A DNA stretch of 64,000 nt from Octopus sinensis. Its lineage: Eukaryota. The stretch's first letter is position 1, and each line of letters starts with the position of its first letter. Shown here piece by piece: positions 23,413 to 39,689 of this stretch. Where the stretch lies: assembly GCF_006345805.1 (NCBI RefSeq), contig NC_043010.1, forward strand, positions 56,978,001 to 57,042,000, written 5' to 3'. Both the position numbers and the translations under genes were made by a program. The notes under the pieces are model-generated. The model searched no databases. It was not told the DNA's origin and worked only from the letters and a program-made list of their open reading frames with translations.

Positions 23413-23872
23413 TTTATGTACATATATACATTCAAACATATACACACACATAAATCTGTGTCCCGATACATAAATGTGCATATATACCTATATATACAAA
23501 CATATATATATACTAACATGTATATAATATACAAATATACATACACTCATACATTTGTATTTATGCATATATATATGTATGCATGCATACACACACACAC
23601 ACATACAAAAGAATTATTTATTTAAACACACACACACACACTTAATAGAAACAAATATTGGAGATGCAATGTTGATATATTAGTTTCATGCTGAAATGAA
23701 GGCACTTCTCAGATTGTTCTGTTTCAGATAATTAATTTGCATGAAAGGAAACCAGAAAGGACGGAGAAGAGAGGAGAAAAAACGTTGCAGCCTCAAGTGT
23801 AATAAGTCTTAGTTTACAAATCATGTTTGAAATTGGAAGTTTTAGGAAAAGGATAGAGGTGTGTGTGTGTGT

Positions 23873-23919
<47 letters not shown>

Positions 23920-24169
23920 ATTCATGTGTGAGGTGTGGCTGTGCATATTGCCAAAAATGTTCTTTTTTTTTTTTTCTGCTCCTCATTTCTCTATTGAAGA
24001 ATCTACAAACAACAGTCCCTGAAAGGTTTCCATTCTAGCATGAAAGTAAGACATTCACTTCATATTGCGTATTGGCCATTCCTTGTTAGATGATGTCGCT
24101 TGGTTTTCTGCATTAATGTCTTTTATTTTTCACAATGTGTGTTGGTGTGTGTGTATTTATGTTTAAATA

Positions 24170-24229
<60 letters not shown>

Positions 24230-24984
24230 TATTTGTGTATGTACATAAATTTATATATTTGTGAAAAAAATATACTTGTGTATACATATATATTTGTGAA
24301 TATTATATATATATATACACATACATACATACATTTGTGAATATCATATAAATATATATATATATATGTATACATACATTTGTGAATATTATATACATAT
24401 ATCTATATATATATTTGTGAATATTATATATATGTGTGTGTGTGTGTAAGTATATATGTATATATGTAAACATGTATGCATATATATATATATATACACA
24501 CACACACGCACACATATGTTTACAGGCTTGCACACAGAAACCTTCAAAAGTCACATTCACATAAATATAGCTTCTTAATCTATGTGTGATCCCCTATTCT
24601 CCATCTCTTCTTCACATTGCCCCTTGCTACACGCTTTCACCAGACATTACATTCATTAGTGACCCCTATTCTTTCTGAATGCTAGCATTCAATGATTCCT
24701 GGATGGCTGGTCTCCTGCTCTGCTAATCATCCTGTTGTCCGTCTCATTGCTAACGAAAGACAGATGAGGTCGGTGTCGACTGAAGAGGACAAAATTTACT
24801 TGACAAGATTTCAATAAAGGCCTTTTTCAAAAACGTGTCAGTATGTGGGTGTGTGTGTCTGACTATCAAATGATACACGTCAGGTGAAAATAGCAAACTT
24901 AATAGTGATATGTACATTTATGTCTGTGTATATAAACAGGAACATATATTAACATACATGTACAATTATATGTGTTTGCGTGTC

Positions 24985-25026
<42 letters not shown>

Positions 25027-25289
25027 TACAAACATGTATATACACAGAGACATACTTACAGGGGTGTGTGTATACATACACACACATATATATTCTTCTC
25101 TGTATACACATAAATATAAACACATGCACATTCATATATATATATATATCAGAATACAGATGCACATATACATAAATGTAGATGTATAAATATACACATA
25201 AATACTCATATATATACAAATGAATACATATAATATGTGTTTATGTGTATATTTTTTATAAATATATATATGTGTGTGTGTGTGTATTG

Positions 25290-25326
<37 letters not shown>

Positions 25327-26028
25327 AGTATGTATATGTGAGTGTGTGTATATATATGCATGTATCTATATTGTAAAATTTCTTTGTGTATTGTATAGGC
25401 AGCAGTTTGAAGTGCTCAGATAAAAGCCCGAGATGCAAGATAGAGAAACAGCTTCAACAATGGATAGACACATATATTCCACCATGGATTGATATCAGTT
25501 TTTAAATAGACGAATGTATCAGTCATCAAAATGTTAAAACGTATTAAAAATCTATGAACACAGAAATATTTGAAAATTTAATAAACACATATAGATAGAT
25601 GAATGGGATTAAGTTATAAACATGTAGATGTACAAAGAGATATATATAGAGACATTTAGAATTACAATCGTATTAAAAGCCATTTTAGAACAGCATTGTA
25701 GAAGTTATTTAATGATAAATTTGCCCCTACAAAAAGGCAAGTGGAATAAAGTCATAGGAAAAGAGCGAATAAAGAAATGTTGTAGCGGTTAGATTGCATT
25801 TTTCAAAAAACAGATCAATAATTCAAGAGAATAAGTAATTCTCTTTAGATAACGCTGTTGGTGGTAGGGCTCTTATGGCCATTTCAGGGGACACAGTAAT
25901 CCATGGAGAGTATAAAGTTGGGGATTCATATTTTGGGCATTTCTTATGTTTCATAAGAAGGCTACCATCAACAGTTTGTGTGTGTGTATATATACACACA
26001 CATACATATAGATATATATGTATGTATA

Positions 26029-26062
<34 letters not shown>

Positions 26063-26869
26063 ATATATATATTGTGTATGTATATATATATATATATGTG
26101 TGTGTGTGTATGTATAAGAATATACATATATATGTATATATACACAGCTTGGAAGCTGAAACAGTGTTAGGAACTAAAGGAAATATGTATGTATGTATGT
26201 AAATATATACATGTGTGTGTATGTGTATATATATATATATATATATACCGATATACATATGTATATATGTATGTAAATATATATATATATGTGTGTATAT
26301 ATATGTGTATATGTATGTAAATATGTATATATATGTGTGTGTGTATTATATATATATATATATATATATATTTGCATCATACAGCAGCTTTAGGTTGCTG
26401 AGTTTATATAAAATAAATGTGAATAGAAACTCAGCAACTGAGAAACTGGTGTGCAGTGAAGGAACAAATGGTGTGATCTGCTTTGAAGGCCTCTTCTCCC
26501 ATCTCTTCGTCTTACTTTATTCTTATATTATTCTTGTACTAACACATATTTCTACATGAGTATCCAGTCCTAGAATATACGATACTGCAGCTTATCACGT
26601 AATAGTGAAATAGCTCTTAAATACATTAGAAGATATCATCCAAATTACTATGTATATATGTGTGTGTATGTTCGTCTCAGCATTGATAAGCATGAAACAG
26701 CATGCACTCACATATTCCCAGAGGGTCATATACTACTCAAACGCAACTGCCCTATTTTTCCCCATCCATGCCAGTCCTGATCAGCATGCAGTGTTAGGAA
26801 GCGGCTTTTATCTAACATCTTGTGTAATACCCGGTGCGAAACCATTCATATGATGGGGAGTAGTAAATA

Positions 26870-27586
26870 TATATATATGTGGATATATACGTATATACAT
26901 ACACACACACATATATATATGTACGTATATACGTACATATATATATATACACGTATATTTATATATACACATATATATATATATACATACACACACAAAT
27001 ATATATATTAGATATACGTACATATATATATATACACGTATATATATATAAATTATATATATATATATACATATATATTTATATGATACATATTATATAT
27101 ATATAGAATATTATATATATATACAACAATTATTTATATATACCACTATATATTTATATATACACTATATATTAATATACATATATATATTATATATACA
27201 TATATATTTATATATACATATATATTTTTATATATACATATATATTTATTATATACATATAGATTATATATACATATAGATTTATTATACATATATATTA
27301 TATATTACATATATATATATACACATTATATATAGATAATATATATATATATACATATACATATATACATATCACATATATACATACATATATACATACA
27401 TATATATAACATATATATACATATATATATATACACATATATATATATATACACATATACATATATATACACATATACATTATATATACACATATAATAT
27501 ATATACACATATACATATATACACATATACATATATACATATAACATTATATATACATATACATATATATACATATATATATATAC

Positions 27587-27617
<31 letters not shown>

Positions 27618-27662
27618 CATATCTAATATATATACATATATATATATATACATTATATATAC

Positions 27663-27709
<47 letters not shown>

Positions 27710-28720
27710 ATATATATAATACATAACTGTATATAAACATATATTATTATACATACATATATATATTACATACAGATATATATATACCTATATATATATA
27801 TTATCATATATTATATATACATATACATATATATATATATACATAATATATATATATATTACATTATATATAATATATTATACATATATATATATATATA
27901 GATATATATATACATATATATATACTACATAATATTATATATATATATATTATATACATATATATATATATACATATATATAATATATATACATATATAT
28001 ATAGTATAATATATATATACATTAATATACGATATTATATACATATATATACATATATATATTATATATACATATATTTATATATAACATATAATATATA
28101 TTATACACGTATATTTCATATATCATACATTATATTATACATACGTATATTTATATATAACATATATATATCATACGTATATTATATATACATATATTTC
28201 TATATACGTATATTTATATATACATATATTTATATATACGTATATATATATACATATATTATTATATACATATATAATATACATATATTTTATATAAACC
28301 ATATATATATATACATATATTTATATATACATATATATATATATAATATTTATATACTACACTATATATTTATTATCTACATATATATATATACATTATA
28401 TATCTACATATTTTATATATACATTATATATAATATATTTATATATACATATTATATATACTATATTATATATACATTATTATACATATATTTATATATA
28501 CATACATATATTATATAACATATATATATATACATATATTTTATATAATATTTAATTTACTTTATTACATATATATATACATATATTTTATATATATATT
28601 TATATTACATATATATATACATATATTTATAGATATATTATATTACATATATATATACATATTATAATATATACATATATAATAATATCATATATATATA
28701 TACATCTATATATATTACAT

Positions 28721-28754
<34 letters not shown>

Positions 28755-28843
28755 CATATAATATATATTACATATATATATATAATACATATATATAGAT
28801 ATTATACATATATTATATATATATACATAGATATAATATATAC

Positions 28844-28906
<63 letters not shown>

Positions 28907-30580
28907 TATATATATACATATATATTTTATATATACATATATTTATATATACATATACATATATATATACGTATATTTATACATACCATATGATATATAT
29001 ACATATATTTATATATACATATATTTATATATACATATATTATATTACATATTATACATATATTTATATATACATATATTTATATATACATATATATATA
29101 TACATATATATACATATATTTATATATACATATATATATATACATATTTATATTTACATATATATATACATATGTTATATAAATTTATATTTACATATAT
29201 ATATACATAATTATATATATATTTATATTACATAATATATTACATATATATATATATATACATTATTTATATATATATTTATATTACATATATATATACA
29301 TAATATACATATATTTATATATTTATATACATATATATACATATATTATATATATATTTTATATACATATATATATACAATATATACATATAATATACAT
29401 ATATATATATATATACATATATTTATAGATATATATATTATACATATATTTATTATACATATATATACATATATATATATATACATATATATATACATAT
29501 ATATCTACATATCTATATATAAATATATATATATACAGATATATATATACATATATATATATATACATATATATATACATATATATATATACATACATAT
29601 ATATATACATATATATTATATACATACAATATAACATACATATATATATACATATATATATATATACATATATATTATACATATATATATATACATATAT
29701 AACATATATATACATATATATATACATACATATATATATACATTAGATATACATATATATATATACATAATATACATCTAATATACATACATATATATAT
29801 ACATATATATATACATATATTATATATAACAATATATATACATATATATATAAAATAATATATATATACATATATATACATTATATATATACATATATAT
29901 ATATACATAATATATATACATATATATATACATACATATATACACATATATATATACATATATATATACATAATATATACATATATATATACATATATAT
30001 ATATACATATATAATATAATATATATATACATATATATATACATATATATATACATCATATATAATATACATATATATATACATATATATATACATATAT
30101 ATATATACATATATATATACATACATATATACATCACTATATATAACATATATATATACATATATATATATATACATATATATATACATATATATATACA
30201 TATATATATACATATAATATACATACATATATACATACATATATACATACATATATACATACATATATATATACATATATATATACATATATATATACAT
30301 ATATATATATACATATATACATATATATATACATATATATACATTATATATATATATATACACATATATATATACATATATATACACATTATATATACAC
30401 ATATATATACACATATATATATATACATATATATACATATATTTATATATACAATATATATATATACATATATTTATATATATATATATATTACATATAT
30501 ATATACACATATTATATATACATATATTATATTACCTATATATATATACATATATATATATATATACATATATTATATTA

Positions 30581-30612
<32 letters not shown>

Positions 30613-30753
30613 CCATATATATTTATATATACATATATATATATATTATATATACATATATTTATATACATTAAATATATATATTATATATACATATATT
30701 TTATATATACATATATTATATACATATATTTATATATACATATATATATATAC

Positions 30754-30784
<31 letters not shown>

Positions 30785-30921
30785 ACATATAGTATATTAA
30801 TACATATATATTATATTACATATTATATATATATACATATATATATACACATATATATACATACAATAATATAATACATATATATATATACATATATATA
30901 TATACATATATATATATATAC

Positions 30922-30969
<48 letters not shown>

Positions 30970-31048
30970 ATATTTATATTACATATATATATTTATATAT
31001 ACATATATATATGTATATATATATACATATATTATATATACATATATT

Positions 31049-31144
<96 letters not shown>

Positions 31145-31219
31145 ACATATATATATATAAATCTATATAAATATATATGTGGATATGCATGTATGTGTAT
31201 ATATAATTATATGTGGATA

Positions 31220-31255
<36 letters not shown>

Positions 31256-32966
31256 GTATCCATATATAAATATATGTGGATATGTATGTGTGTGTGTATA
31301 TATACACATATACACATACATATGGATATTATATATACATATATATATATATATATATAGTGTACATTTCAACACATAGGAATCCCCTCTTGCATTCAAC
31401 ACATTACAAAGGACAGCTAGGTTTTATAACCTAATTTTTACATGTTAGGCCACTAGAGGTGAAAATTTAATCAATTTTCCATTTCCCTTTGATATGTTTA
31501 AGTATATATATATATTTCTAAAGGGTGTCACTGTGAATTCGTCCTTGCATTGGAGTTGGTTTCCAAAAGATTTCTAAACGTGTTTCTTCCTCCTTGACTG
31601 ATGTCAATTAGTGCAGAGATGAAAAGTTCAATAATTGTATCAGGAATTATGATTGAAGTGAGGAAATAAACTCTCAGCAAACCCAGTCGTATGTTTTGTG
31701 AATGGAGGGGAATTAAATGTGATTATACATGAGATTTTATTTCTATTCAGGAGCTGTACGATTGTTTTGATGCAGAAAGACAATAAATTCCTTTTTTTAG
31801 AATCCGAGTGTCCAAAAGAACGTTAGAAGTACATAGGTATGGTGTTCATAATGTGTAATTGTTCTCATGGATGTATGTGTGTGTGTATATGTATGCGTGT
31901 GTATGTGTGAACACACACATATATATGTGTGTGTGTGCCTGTGTATGTGTATATATATACATATAGATATATACATATATATACATACATATATATATAT
32001 ACATATATATACATACATATATACATACATATAGTTACATATATATAGATATATACATATATATATAGATATATACATATATATATAGATATATACATAT
32101 ATATAAGATATATAATATATATATATATATACATACATATATATATATACATACATTATATATATACATACATATATATATATATACATACATATATATA
32201 GATATATACATACATATATTTATATACATATATATATAGATATATACATATATATATATATATATACATACATATATATATATACATACATATATATATA
32301 TACATACATATATATATATACATACATATATATAGATATATACATACATATATATATATATCATCATCATCATATACATATATATATATATACATATACA
32401 TACATATATATATATACATACATATATATATATACATACATATACATATATATATATATATACATATATACATATACATATATATACATATATATATATA
32501 CATATATACATATATATATCTATATAATACATATATATATATATACATATATATACATATATATATATATACATATACATATATATACATATACATAAAT
32601 ATACATATATATACATATACATATATTACTACATATACATATACATATATATTATATATACATACATATATATATACAATATATACATAATATATATGCA
32701 TACATATATATAATATAATATATATAAACATACATAGATAATATATACATACATATATATATACATATATATACATATATTATATGCATAAAGCTATATA
32801 CTATACATACATATATATATACATACATATATATATACATATATATACATATATATATATGCATACATATATATACATATACATACATATATGCATACAT
32901 ATACTAGATATATACATATATATATACATACATATAGATATATACATATATGTATGCATACATATA

Positions 32967-33007
<41 letters not shown>

Positions 33008-33420
33008 TATATACATATATATCCATGCATATATATAGACATATGCACATACATATCCATGCATATATATAGACATATACACACATATATACATACATAT
33101 AGATATATACATATATTATATATATATACATACATATAGATTTATACATATAATATATATAAACATATTATATACATACATATATATATTACACACATAT
33201 ATATATACATACATATATACACACACACCACAACATATATATATGTATATAACACATATATATATATAATATGTATGCTCTATATATATATGTACACATA
33301 CATACAATATATATATATATACATACATACACATATATATACATACAATATATATATATAGATAAATATATATATTACCTACATATATATATAATAGATA
33401 GATAGATACATCATATATGT
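26870..33420. repeat. Very long (TA)n/(TACA)n compound microsatellite, with a ~500-bp unique interruption at ~31360-31870
   Basis: Directly visible; almost strictly alternating purine-pyrimidine. Confidence 0.97.
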
Positions 33421-33424
33421 ATTA

Positions 33425-33618
33425 CAGTGCAGGTGGCACGTAAAAAAGCACCACTACACTCGCGGAGTGGTTGGCGTTAGGAAGGGCATCCAGCTGTAGA
33501 AACATTGCCAGAGAAGACCGGAGCCTGGTGCAGCCTTCTGGCTTCTCAGATTCCCGGTCGAACCGTCCAACCCATGCTAGCATGGAGAACGGACGTTAAA
33601 CGATGATGATGACGATGA
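33425..33618 (+). mobile_element. (GAT)n-tailed retroposon 3'-end repeat
   Basis: GGCGTTAGGAAGGGCATCCAGCTGTAGAAAC...CCAACCCATGCTAGCATGG...GTTAAACGATGATGATG. Confidence 0.75.
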
Positions 33619-33711
33619 TATATATATACATAAATATATATATATATATATACATCTATATATATATACATACATATATATATATATATATACATACATA
33701 CATATATATAT

Positions 33712-33742
<31 letters not shown>

Positions 33743-33761
33743 CATACATACATATATATAT

Positions 33762-33792
<31 letters not shown>

Positions 33793-33839
33793 CATACATA
33801 CATATATATATATATATACATACATACATTATTATTATT

Positions 33840-35050
33840 ATTATGGCTGCCCCCTCGCTATCGAGTATGGCCATTGCACGAAGCTTAACTGTTACTGGTG
33901 CTATGATCAAATGTGACCTTTTAGCCCAGCCAAAGATCTACAATGTACAGAATTGGCAACTAAAACACAAGAGCTTCTATACTTTCACACCAAGAGCCTT
34001 CCAATATTTCAAGATCACTGATGCGGTCCTTCCACTTAATGCCGTAGATCCGTCTCAGACACATCAGATGGGAACGTTCCAGTTGTTTAAGGCAGTATCG
34101 ATATGTGACCCACGTCTCGCAGGCATAGAGAAGAGAAGGGAGCACACATGCCTTGTACACCTTTATCTTTGTCTTTCTGCATATGTCTCGCCGACTCCAG
34201 AGGCGCTTTTCTAGCCTTCCGAAAGCAAACATTGCTTTCTTAATTCTATAAGGAATTTCAATCATCAAATTGCTATCTATTAATAGTGCTTCCAGGTATA
34301 CAAACTGATCAACTGCATCAAGCCGTTTACCATTCACATAGATATTTGGTACACTATACTGCTTACCAGGGGCAGGTTGATGCATGACAACAGTTTTCTT
34401 GAGATTGACTGTCAATCCTAAGGCAGTGCAAGCATCAGAGAATGCATTCAAAATGTGTTGCATATCAATCTGTGTGTGTGCTACTAGATCACAATCATCT
34501 GCATACAAAAGGTCTCTTATGATAGAGGTAAATATCTTTGTTTTTGCAGCAAGGCGCCTGATATTAAATATGCTGCCAGAGGTTCGATAATGGACGTAAA
34601 CACCGTATCTGCAGTCTCTGAATGCAATACAGAACATCATCGCAAAATATATGGAAAATAGGGTCGGTGCCAGAATATCCCCCTGTTTCACTCCATTTTA
34701 TATTGAAATGGGTTCTGATATTTTCTCTCTAACATTCACCCTACCATTCATGTCTTCATGAAAAGACTTAACCAAAGCAAGGAACTTTTCAGGACACCCA
34801 AGTTTCTGGAGGACTTTCCACAATGCTTTTCTATTGACGGTATCAAAGGCTTTTGTCAGATCGACAAAAACCTGATACAATCCACCTGTTCCACACACTT
34901 CTCCTGAAGCTGTTCTAGCTGAAAAGATCATATCAGCAGTGCCACGTCTCACACGAAAGCCAGATTGACTTTCTGAAGAACACATCTGCAATGTATTTCG
35001 CAGACGATCCAGAAGTATCCTGCATAAAACCTTTTTCCTACGACAGACAG
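33840..35050 (-). mobile_element. RTE-clade LINE, 5'-truncated, with RT domain and 3' end
   Basis: QSGFRVRRGTADMIFS, VFVDLTKAFDTVNR, KQGDILAPTLFSIYF, LLYADDCDL and [11 protein letters not shown]. Frameshifted; (AAT)n tail at ~33830-33842. Confidence 0.92.
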
Positions 35051-35264
35051 CAATGATACTCCCCTATAATTACCACAATCATTACTGCATCTCTCCAGTC
35101 CTCAGGTACAGATTCACTAGTCCATATCTTACCAAACAAAGAGTGAAGTTTCTGCAGAAGTTTCTCCCTAACATACATATATATATACATACATATATAT
35201 ATATATGTATACATACATATATATAATTATATATATATACTATATATATACATACGTAGATGCA

Positions 35265-36020
35265 AACCATCCCGATCGTGTCCGTTCGCCAGCACATCTG
35301 GCACCTGTGTCGGTGGCACATAAAGACACCATCCGAAGACCCGGCGACGTAGACAGTCCACCTGTGCATACCTTCCTTCTTGTGACACTTGTGAAGACCT
35401 GTTGAGGCAAGTGACACTTGTGAAGACCTGTTGAGGCAAGTGAAAATCAAATCAAATCAAAACAAATCAAAATAGATGAGCATAAATGGAAATTTGTATC
35501 TTGTGGTACCAGTGCCGTGGCACCCAAGAAAATCATCCGAACGTGGCCGTAGCCAGTACCGCATAGACTGGCCTCCGGCTTTGGGGACGTAACAAACACC
35601 ATCCGATCGTGGCCGTCCGCCAGCCTCATCTGGCACCTGTGTCGGTGGCACATAAAACCCATCCGAGCGTGGCCGTCTGCCAGCCTCGTCTGGCCACCCT
35701 GCCAGCCTCATCGGCACCTGTGTCGTGGCACATAAAAACACCATCCGAGCGTGGCCGTCTGCCAGCCTCGTCTGGCCCTGTTCGGTGGCACATAAAAACA
35801 CCATCCGAGCGTGGCCGTTCGCCAGCCTCGTCTGGCACCTGTGTCGGTGCAACATAAATCACCCATACACTCTCGAGTGTTGGCGTTAGGAGGGCATCCC
35901 GCTGTAGAAACACTGCAGATCTGACTGGCTGGTGCAGCCTTCGGGCTCCCCAGACCCCAGTTGAACCGTCCAACCCATGCTAGCATGGAAAACGGACGCT
36001 AACTGATATGATGATTGATG
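35265..36020 (+). mobile_element. Retroposon repeat with an internal array of ~60-bp subunits and (GAT)n tail
   Basis: About six CACCATCCGAGCGTGGCCGTCTGCCAGCCTCGTCTGGCACCTGTGTCGGTGGCACATAA-like units, followed by the common tail. Confidence 0.75.
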
Positions 36021-36038
36021 ATGATATATATACATACA

Positions 36039-36070
<32 letters not shown>

Positions 36071-36639
36071 CATATACATACATGTACACATACATACATG
36101 TACACATACATATATATATATATATATACACATACATATATATATATATATATACACATACATATATATATATATATACGCATGTCTATATGTGAAATCA
36201 CTGCCAGAGCAGCTGTCTGGTTTCTGTGCTAGTGGTACATAAAAAAGTACCATTTGAGCGTGATTGTTACCAGCGTCGCCTTACTGGCACTTGTGCTGGT
36301 GGCACATGAACAAAACATTTGAGCGAGGTCATTGCCAGTGCTGCTGGACTGACTCCTGTGCAGGTGGCACGTAAAAAACACCATATCAAGCGTGGGCGTT
36401 GCCAGTCTTACCAAACTGGCACATAAATGCACCCACCACACTCTCGGAGTGGTTGGCCCGATTAAGGGCATCCAGCTGTAGAAACTCTGCCAGATCAGAT
36501 TGGAGCCTGGCGAAGCCATCTGGTTCATCAATCCTCAGTAAAATCGTCCAACTCATGCCAGCATGGAAATCAGACATTAAATGATGATGATGATAGATAC
36601 ATATATAGATATACTTGTATACACATGTATACATATATA

Positions 36640-36672
<33 letters not shown>

Positions 36673-36911
36673 AATATATATATACACACATGTGTACATA
36701 CATATATATATATATACACAGTAGACATACATATATATATATATATATATACATGTATACATACATATATATATATTACCACATGTATACATACATATAT
36801 ATATATATACATGTATACATACATATATATTATATATACATGTATACATACTATATACATGTATCATACATATATACATGTGTATACATACATATATATA
36901 TACACACATGT

Positions 36912-36957
<46 letters not shown>

Positions 36958-36991
36958 GTATACATACATATATATACACGTATACATATAT

Positions 36992-37036
<45 letters not shown>

Positions 37037-37270
37037 TATACACACATGTATACATACATATATATATATTATATACACATGTATACATACATATATATAC
37101 ACGTATACATATATACACACACACACATTATATATATATATATATACACACATATATATATACACACACACACATATATATATATATACACACACATATA
37201 TATATACACACATATATATATACACACACATATATATATACACACATATGTATATACATATACACATATG
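36020..37270. repeat. (TA)n/(CA)n compound microsatellite with an embedded retroposon copy (36180-36595)
   Basis: Directly visible. Confidence 0.9.
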
Positions 37271-37271
37271 C

Positions 37272-37454
37272 ATCAAATGAAATCAAAAACAGATCACAAA
37301 CGATGTCGCAGTACACGTGTTTCAAGCTTTATAAACGACCTATTCTTACATCGTTGTATGTCGATTATACAACAATGTAAGAATAGGTCGTTTATAAAGC
37401 TTGAAACCCGTGTATTGCGACATCCTTTGTGATCTGTTTTTGATTTCGTTTGAT
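37272..37454. repeat. Near-perfect long hairpin (~88-bp arms, ~7-nt loop)
   Basis: ATCAAATGAAATC...CTTACATCGTTGTAT-GTCGATT-ATACAACAATGTAAG...GATTTCGTTTGAT. Confidence 0.92.
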
Positions 37455-37649
37455 ACATATACCCTCTCACCTCTGCTACTAGCTGGCGTATACAGGTGCT
37501 TACACTTATCAAGTATTCACCCTAAATTTATATACACATATATACATATACATATATATACATACATATATATATACATGCATATATATATTCATACATA
37601 TATACATACATATATATACACATATATATACACACACACATATATATAT

Positions 37650-38206
37650 GGTGGCTGCCCCTTCGTTATCGAGTATGGCCATTGCACGAAGCTTAATCAA
37701 TGTTGTTATCATGCAATGCCTGTGCAAGAAGAATTTTTTTTAAAGTGAGGAAAGGCCGTGCACTGAGTCAATCCCACTCACTAAGCAACAGCAGCCATAA
37801 TCCGAAAAGAAGAACAAGTCAACATCATCGGTAACCACTGAGCCGCAGGTTTTATGTCGGAGTTATCCCAGTTACCTGAGTTACCTTCTCCTAGAAGGAT
37901 GCCCTAACAGAGGTTAGGAGTCCTTCACTCCCAATGGTTTAACCGTGCGATCGGGTATTCAGTCCGATTATTTCTATGTCCCCGTGCATGATACAGCCTT
38001 AAGACGTATATTGGATAGCTGTTGACTCTTAAGAGTTCTTCCGCCCTTTGATGGGTTTTGCTTTTCCTCCCGCAGGGTGTCCAATAAACACCCTCCTCAC
38101 CAAGCAAGCTTGGTGGGGTTGCTGGTTTAGTTGCCGACGACCCGACCATGCAACAGGTTGTACGGGGCTACATGTTACCAGTAGCACTCGAAAATGACCT
38201 GACACA
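37650..38206 (-). mobile_element. Probable RTE deletion derivative (3' terminus joined to GC-rich, 5'-UTR-like sequence)
   Basis: TGGCTGCCCC..CG.TATCGAGTATGGCCATTGCACGAAGCTTA at 37650 matches the RTE 3' end at 33845. The remainder is non-coding and GC-richer; its 5'-UTR identity is inferred. Confidence 0.5.
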
Positions 38207-39330
38207 TATATATATATATATATATATAATACATACATACAGACAGACATATACATACATACATATATACACATACATATACAGACATATATACACATAT
38301 ATATATATACATATACACATATATGTACATACATATACACATATGTACATATATATATATATATATACACATATATGTACACACACACATATATATATAT
38401 ATATACATATACACATACATATATATACATACATATATACATATACATATATAAATATATACACATATATATACCTATATATACATATATATACCTATAT
38501 ATACATGTATACACATATATATATATACATATATATATATGTATAACAATATATGAGATGAGTAGCACTGTCAGTTGCTATGAGGGTCCCAGGGTCCCAG
38601 CTGACAAGGATCAACAGAACAGCTTGCTTGTGAAATGAACATTCATGTAGCTGTGTACTCCACACACATGTGTACCTTAATGTAATTCTGAGGGAGATTC
38701 AGCCATCACACAGAGTATGAGAAGGGTGGCCCTTTGAATTACTGGTACCACTCATTTTTGCCAGCTGAATGGAGTGGAGCAATGTGAAATAAAGTGTCTT
38801 GCTCAAGGATACAACATGTCAGTGGGAATTGAACTTATGACCTTGTGAGTTTGAGCTAAATACCCTAAGTAGTCGACTAATCACTATAGATTGAGAGAGG
38901 GAGAGAGATATTGCGAAGATATATGTATCTGCATGAAAGTTGATGATGTAACTTGATGTAGATTGTGAAACAGCTGTAAGCATAACAGAAATTTTGTTTC
39001 AGTCATTTCACTGTGGCTGTGTTGGGACTTGCCCGTCACATATTTGTGTGTGTTGTTGTGTTTGGTAGTTTCTATAATCTCATTATATATATGTGAAAAA
39101 AGGAAAAGATTAACTTCACTGGTAGTTCTAATTAGTTTAATTTATTTTTTAATTTGCATATAATATAAATTTTACATTTTAGTTCGTAGATATACAAGCT
39201 AAACTATAAAATTTATATTATTAAAAGATTAAAAAGCAAATAATTAAACCAATCAGAACTACCAGTGAAGTCATTCCTTTTCGCTTTTCAAATATACCGA
39301 ACTGTACCAAGGACCTCACACATTTTCCAG

Positions 39331-39362
<32 letters not shown>

Positions 39363-39649
39363 GTAATGTGTATCATCAGCCTCATTTTTCCTTGTAGAGC
39401 TGGGTTGGGTGAGTTGACAAGAGCTGGCAAGCCTGGACACTGTGCCAAGCTCTGTTTTCTGCTATGCCTGGATGCCCTTCCTAACACCAACCACCATATA
39501 AAGTATACGGGGGAGGGCTTCACATGTCACAGAAGCAGTAGCAGGGGGTCGCCAGGTAACTTGCAAGAGAAAGATCTCAAGTCTCTGCGAGTGGGGAGCA
39601 GCTTTGTGTCAGTTGAAGCGTGATTGGAGTGTGTGTGTGTGTGTGCGCT

Positions 39650-39686
<37 letters not shown>

Positions 39687-39689
39687 TTT

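Noticed and set aside
24813-25773. AATAAA hexamers (24813, 25745, 25768) as the ER poly(A) signal
   Set aside because: There are several equally plausible candidates, and none can be chosen without transcript data.
1-26000. Autoregulatory estrogen response element near ER
   Set aside because: I noticed only isolated half-sites and no GGTCAnnnTGACC palindrome by eye. A motif scan would be needed to exclude one.
35600-35860. CRISPR-like array of regular repeats
   Set aside because: The units are contiguous tandem copies without unique spacers, inside a eukaryotic retroposon.
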